NCBI RefSeq assembly: GCF_000007985.2
Contig: NC_002939.5
Coordinates: forward strand, 600,001-632,000
Reading direction: 5' to 3'
DNA length: 32,000 nt
Source: Geobacter sulfurreducens PCA
Lineage (GTDB): Bacteria > Desulfobacterota > Desulfuromonadia > Geobacterales > Geobacteraceae
The notes under the pieces are model-generated. The model did no database searches. It was given only the letters and a program-made list of their open reading frames with translations, and was not told where the DNA came from. A program made the translations under genes and the position numbers. Of this stretch, positions 28,850 to 32,000 are shown in pieces (within the stretch, counting starts at the first letter, position 1; the number at the start of each line of letters is the position of its first letter).

Positions 28850-30262
28850 ATGGAAAACATTGATGTACTTGTAGTTGACGATGAAGCGATTATCCGGGAG
28901 GGTCTGCGGAGGATCCTCGAAAAGGAGGGCTACCATGTGGAGACCTCCGCCAGCGGACAGATTGCCCTGGAGAGACTGCAGGATGAGAACTACGGTCTGG
29001 TTATTACCGACCTTAAAATGCCCGGCATGAGCGGCATGGAAGTTCTCAAGGCCATCAAGGTCCTGCAGCCCGAAGTTCCCGTCATCATCATTACCGGATT
29101 CTCCACCGTCGATACCGCGGTCGAGGCTATGAAAAACGGCGCCTTCGACTATATTGCGAAACCTTTTACTCCGGACCAGATTACGGAGAAAGTGAGGAAA
29201 GCCCTCGAGCAGCGAGCAGTACTGCTCGAGAACATCTTTCTGAAAAAGGAGCTGGGCGAGCACCACGGTTTCGATATCTTCGTGGGCGAGAGCAAAGAGA
29301 TGCAGAAGGTTTATCGCCGCATCATCCAGGTTGCTCCCACCGACAGCACCGTTCTCATTACCGGTGAAAGCGGGACCGGCAAAGAACTGGTGGCCCGGGC
29401 CGTCCACAACAACAGTCACCGTCGCGACAACCCCTTTGTGGCGGTGGACTGCACCTCCCTTGCTGAAAATCTTCTGGAAAGCGAGCTGTTCGGCCACATC
29501 AAGGGCTCGTTCACCGGGGCCATCCAGACCAAAACCGGCTTGTTCAAGGTGGCCGACGGCGGCACGCTCTTTTTGGACGAAATCTCCAACATCAGTCTCA
29601 CCACTCAGGCAAAACTGCTGAGGGTGCTGCAGGAGCGGGAGATTACCCCCATCGGCGGTACCCAGCCGATCCCCATCGACATCCGGCTCGTGGCCGCCAC
29701 CAACAAGAATCTGCGCACTCTCGTCTCCCAAGGGACGTTCCGGGAGGACCTCTTCTTCCGGCTCAACATCATTCCCATTGATCTGCCGCCCCTACGGGAG
29801 CGCAAGGGCGATCTCCACCTCCTCATCGGGCATTTTCTCGCCACCTTTTCCGAGGAGATGGGGCGGGATATCCGCGGGCTAGCCCCTGATGCCCTGGCCC
29901 TTCTGGAAGACTATGCCTTCCCGGGCAACGTACGGGAGCTTGAGAACATCATTGAACGGGCCGTTGTTCTCGCAGAGGGAGACCTGATTCAGAAGGAGGA
30001 CCTGGAGCTTCGCGTCGCTACGGACTCCCAGGCCGGGGTTGGTGGCTATGTTCCCCAGAATGTGGAAGAGCTCAAGGAGACAAAGCGCCAGATACGGGAG
30101 CGGGCCGTGGAGCCCATAGAGAAGGCGTTCGTGCTCCAGGCGCTCAAGCGCAACAACTGGAACATTACCAGGGCAGCCGAAGAGACGGGGATGTTGCGTC
30201 CCAACTTTCAGGCATTGCTCAAAAAACTCCGGATTTCAGTACGTAACCAGATGACGAACTGA
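28850..30262 (+). CDS. bccR: Sigma-54-dependent response regulator (NtrC family: REC + AAA+ + Fis HTH), BccR-like
   Basis: REC with LVITDLKMPGMSG. Walker A GESGTGKE, sigma-54 contact loop GSFTGA, Walker B LFLDEI, C-terminal HTH NNWNITRAAEETGMLRPNF. The symbol rests on position relative to cbcBA and is unverified. Confidence 0.9.
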   Translation: MENIDVLVVDDEAIIREGLRRILEKEGYHVETSASGQIALERLQDENYGLVITDLKMPGMSGMEVLKAIKVLQPEVPVIIITGFSTVDTAVEAMKNGAFDYIAKPFTPDQITEKVRKALEQRAVLLENIFLKKELGEHHGFDIFVGESKEMQKVYRRIIQVAPTDSTVLITGESGTGKELVARAVHNNSHRRDNPFVAVDCTSLAENLLESELFGHIKGSFTGAIQTKTGLFKVADGGTLFLDEISNISLTTQAKLLRVLQEREITPIGGTQPIPIDIRLVAATNKNLRTLVSQGTFREDLFFRLNIIPIDLPPLRERKGDLHLLIGHFLATFSEEMGRDIRGLAPDALALLEDYAFPGNVRELENIIERAVVLAEGDLIQKEDLELRVATDSQAGVGGYVPQNVEELKETKRQIRERAVEPIEKAFVLQALKRNNWNITRAAEETGMLRPNFQALLKKLRISVRNQMTN

Positions 30263-30282
30263 ACATCTCGGCGTACCGGCTC

Positions 30283-30326
30283 AAATACAAAAAGGGGCAC
30301 ACGCGCGTGTGCCCCTTTTTGTATTT
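30283..30326. terminator. Perfect 44-nt palindrome acting as bidirectional terminator between convergent regulator and kinase genes
   Basis: AAATACAAAAAGGGGCACACGC / GCGTGTGCCCCTTTTTGTATTT: 22-nt arms are exact reverse complements, with T-runs on both strands. Confidence 0.85.
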
Positions 30327-30358
30327 ACGGCTGTCTTGATGTCCGTACCGCAGTCGGA

Positions 30359-31969
30359 TCAGGCGCTTTGCTGTCGCTGGCCGGCTGCTGCTGCAGCTTC
30401 GAGGGGCGCCTCGTGGAGGAGGGGGAGGCGCACAGTGAACGTGGTACCCGCCCCCACGGTACTCTGCACATCGATCCTGCCGCCGTGCCCCTCGATGATC
30501 CCGTAAGAAACCGAGAGGCCCAGCCCCGTCCCTTTGGTTTCCTTGGTGGTAAAGAAGGGGTCGAATATCTTGCCGATTATTTCATCGGGGATACCACAGC
30601 CTGTATCGGTAATTGCAACGCTGACCTCGTCATTCACGTGATCAAACCCCGTCCTGATGTGTACTTCTCCCGAGCCGGCAATGGCGTGGCAGGCGTTCAG
30701 GAGGAGGTTGATGAATACCTGTTCAATCTGGTGGGGATCAAGGAGCATTTCCGGTATGTCCGGGTTGTACTCTTTAACGACGGTGATGTCGTGGAAGCAT
30801 GACTGGTGGACCACCAAGGTCAGGGTGGCATCCATGATGGCATTGATGGAAGAGGGCTTTTTCTGCGGGATCGACTCCCTGGAGAAATCGAGGAGCCCCT
30901 TGACGATCTTGGCACAGCGCTGGGTCTCTTTGACGATCAGGTCCAGGTCGGCCTTGAGCGACGGATCAAGTTTTTTGTCACTGGCCATGAGCGACGCGAA
31001 GACCAGGATGCCGGTCAGGGGGTTGTTGATTTCGTGGGCAATGCCGGCCACCAGTTCGCCCAGAGAGGCAAGTTTTTCGGAATGGACGAGCTGGGCCTGA
31101 ATGTTCTTGAGCTCCTGGGTCCGCTCCTCAACTTTTACCTCCAGGTTTTTGCCCCAATCCTCAAGCTCGCCATGAACCTTCTTGAGGTTGACGGTCATGG
31201 AGTTGAAGGCCGATGCCAATTCTCCCAGCTCGTCATGGGACGACAGCGTCACCCGAGTATCCAGATCTCCTTCGCCAACCTGCTGGGTAAGCCTGACTAG
31301 CTGCCGTACCGGTCTGTTGACGAAGCGCTGGGTGAAAAAGGTCAGGCAGAGGGCGATGAGCGTGATCTGCAGCACCGTCAGCACGATGATCTCGTTGCGG
31401 TAGGCGTAGACCTTCTGATGCATGGGGTCGAGGGAGACGATAACGTCGAGGACTCCCAGGACTTTTGCCTCCTTCGGGTGATAGTGGCAGGGGGCGGTAA
31501 AGCAGCGCTCGTCGTTGTAGATGGCCTTTGCAAGGCCGAGAACCTGTTTTCCTTCCCTGTCGGTGAAGAGGCGGCTGCGGTTCATGGTGGTGGCATGGAC
31601 CAGGGGCGAGGGGCCCGAATGGCACATGTTGCAAGCCTCGGCCTTTTTATCCAGGAAGTAGCCGATTTCCCTCTGGTCCGTCGAATGGGTCACCTGGCCG
31701 AACTTGTTGATCATTCTGATCCGCTGGGTGATTCCCTTCTGACTCCCCACCTCGTTGATGATCTGATAGGCGCGCTCGCGGTTGTCTTCGAGCATGTGGT
31801 AGTGGGTGGTGCGGATGATCGTTTCGCTGAGCTTGTCGGCGTCGGAAACCGCCTCTTCAAAGAGGAGTTTCTCCAGCTGCTCCACGTTGATATAGGCAAA
31901 GAGCCCCATGGTGACGAGGAGTACGAAGCTGGTGGCAATCGTGAATTTGGCGAGAAGGCTCAGGCGCAC
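30359..31969 (-). CDS. Sensor histidine kinase with periplasmic heme-binding domain (CxxCH + Cx4CH), HAMP, HisKA, HATPase_c
   Basis: CNMCH and CFTAPCH lie between two TMs. HAMP (VNRPVRQLVRLTQQVGEGDL), H-box HSEKLASLGELVAGIAHEINNPL, N/G boxes (NLLLNACHA, DTGCGI, GTGLGL). GTG start at 31969. Confidence 0.9.
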   Translation of the reverse strand: MRLSLLAKFTIATSFVLLVTMGLFAYINVEQLEKLLFEEAVSDADKLSETIIRTTHYHMLEDNRERAYQIINEVGSQKGITQRIRMINKFGQVTHSTDQREIGYFLDKKAEACNMCHSGPSPLVHATTMNRSRLFTDREGKQVLGLAKAIYNDERCFTAPCHYHPKEAKVLGVLDVIVSLDPMHQKVYAYRNEIIVLTVLQITLIALCLTFFTQRFVNRPVRQLVRLTQQVGEGDLDTRVTLSSHDELGELASAFNSMTVNLKKVHGELEDWGKNLEVKVEERTQELKNIQAQLVHSEKLASLGELVAGIAHEINNPLTGILVFASLMASDKKLDPSLKADLDLIVKETQRCAKIVKGLLDFSRESIPQKKPSSINAIMDATLTLVVHQSCFHDITVVKEYNPDIPEMLLDPHQIEQVFINLLLNACHAIAGSGEVHIRTGFDHVNDEVSVAITDTGCGIPDEIIGKIFDPFFTTKETKGTGLGLSVSYGIIEGHGGRIDVQSTVGAGTTFTVRLPLLHEAPLEAAAAAGQRQQSA

Positions 31970-32000
31970 GGCAGCGGTTCCCGATTATCTGACGGAGTTG

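Overview
This is a high-GC Geobacter/Desulfuromonadales-type chromosomal window. It is densely coded and mostly core genes, with one respiratory accessory cluster. Taxonomy and locus names are inferred from protein motifs, gene order and memory, not from any search.

Left half, + strand: a 2H-phosphoesterase/HAD fusion, a Zn alcohol dehydrogenase, an EamA transporter, cstA, a TPR protein, recO, glyQ-glyS, ppdK, cspA, and a heme-sensor MCP behind a near-consensus sigma-28 promoter.

Middle, - strand: a second MCP, a divergent DisA_N/diadenylate-cyclase-like protein, a 48-codon zinc-ribbon ORF interrupted by an in-frame TGA, and a TPP-riboswitch-controlled thiS-thiG-thiE-radical SAM-FAH operon.

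Right third: a Cbc5/CbcBA-type cytochrome cluster.
- A membrane protein and a heme-motif sensor with a HAMP domain but no output domain.
- A 12-heme cytochrome with its own sigma-70 promoter.
- A sigma-54 operon encoding small membrane protein, Asp-less receiver, small membrane paralog, 7-heme CbcA and diheme cytochrome b CbcB.
- A divergent NtrC-type activator and a convergent heme-sensor histidine kinase.

I found no tRNA, rRNA, CRISPR array, transposase, integrase or recognisable defence system.

The best second-look candidates are the uncharacterised three-gene head of the sigma-54 operon, the degenerate DAC-like protein next to an MCP, and the TGA-interrupted zinc-ribbon ORF with a SECIS-like hairpin. 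None of these is proven novel; each needs a database or experimental check.
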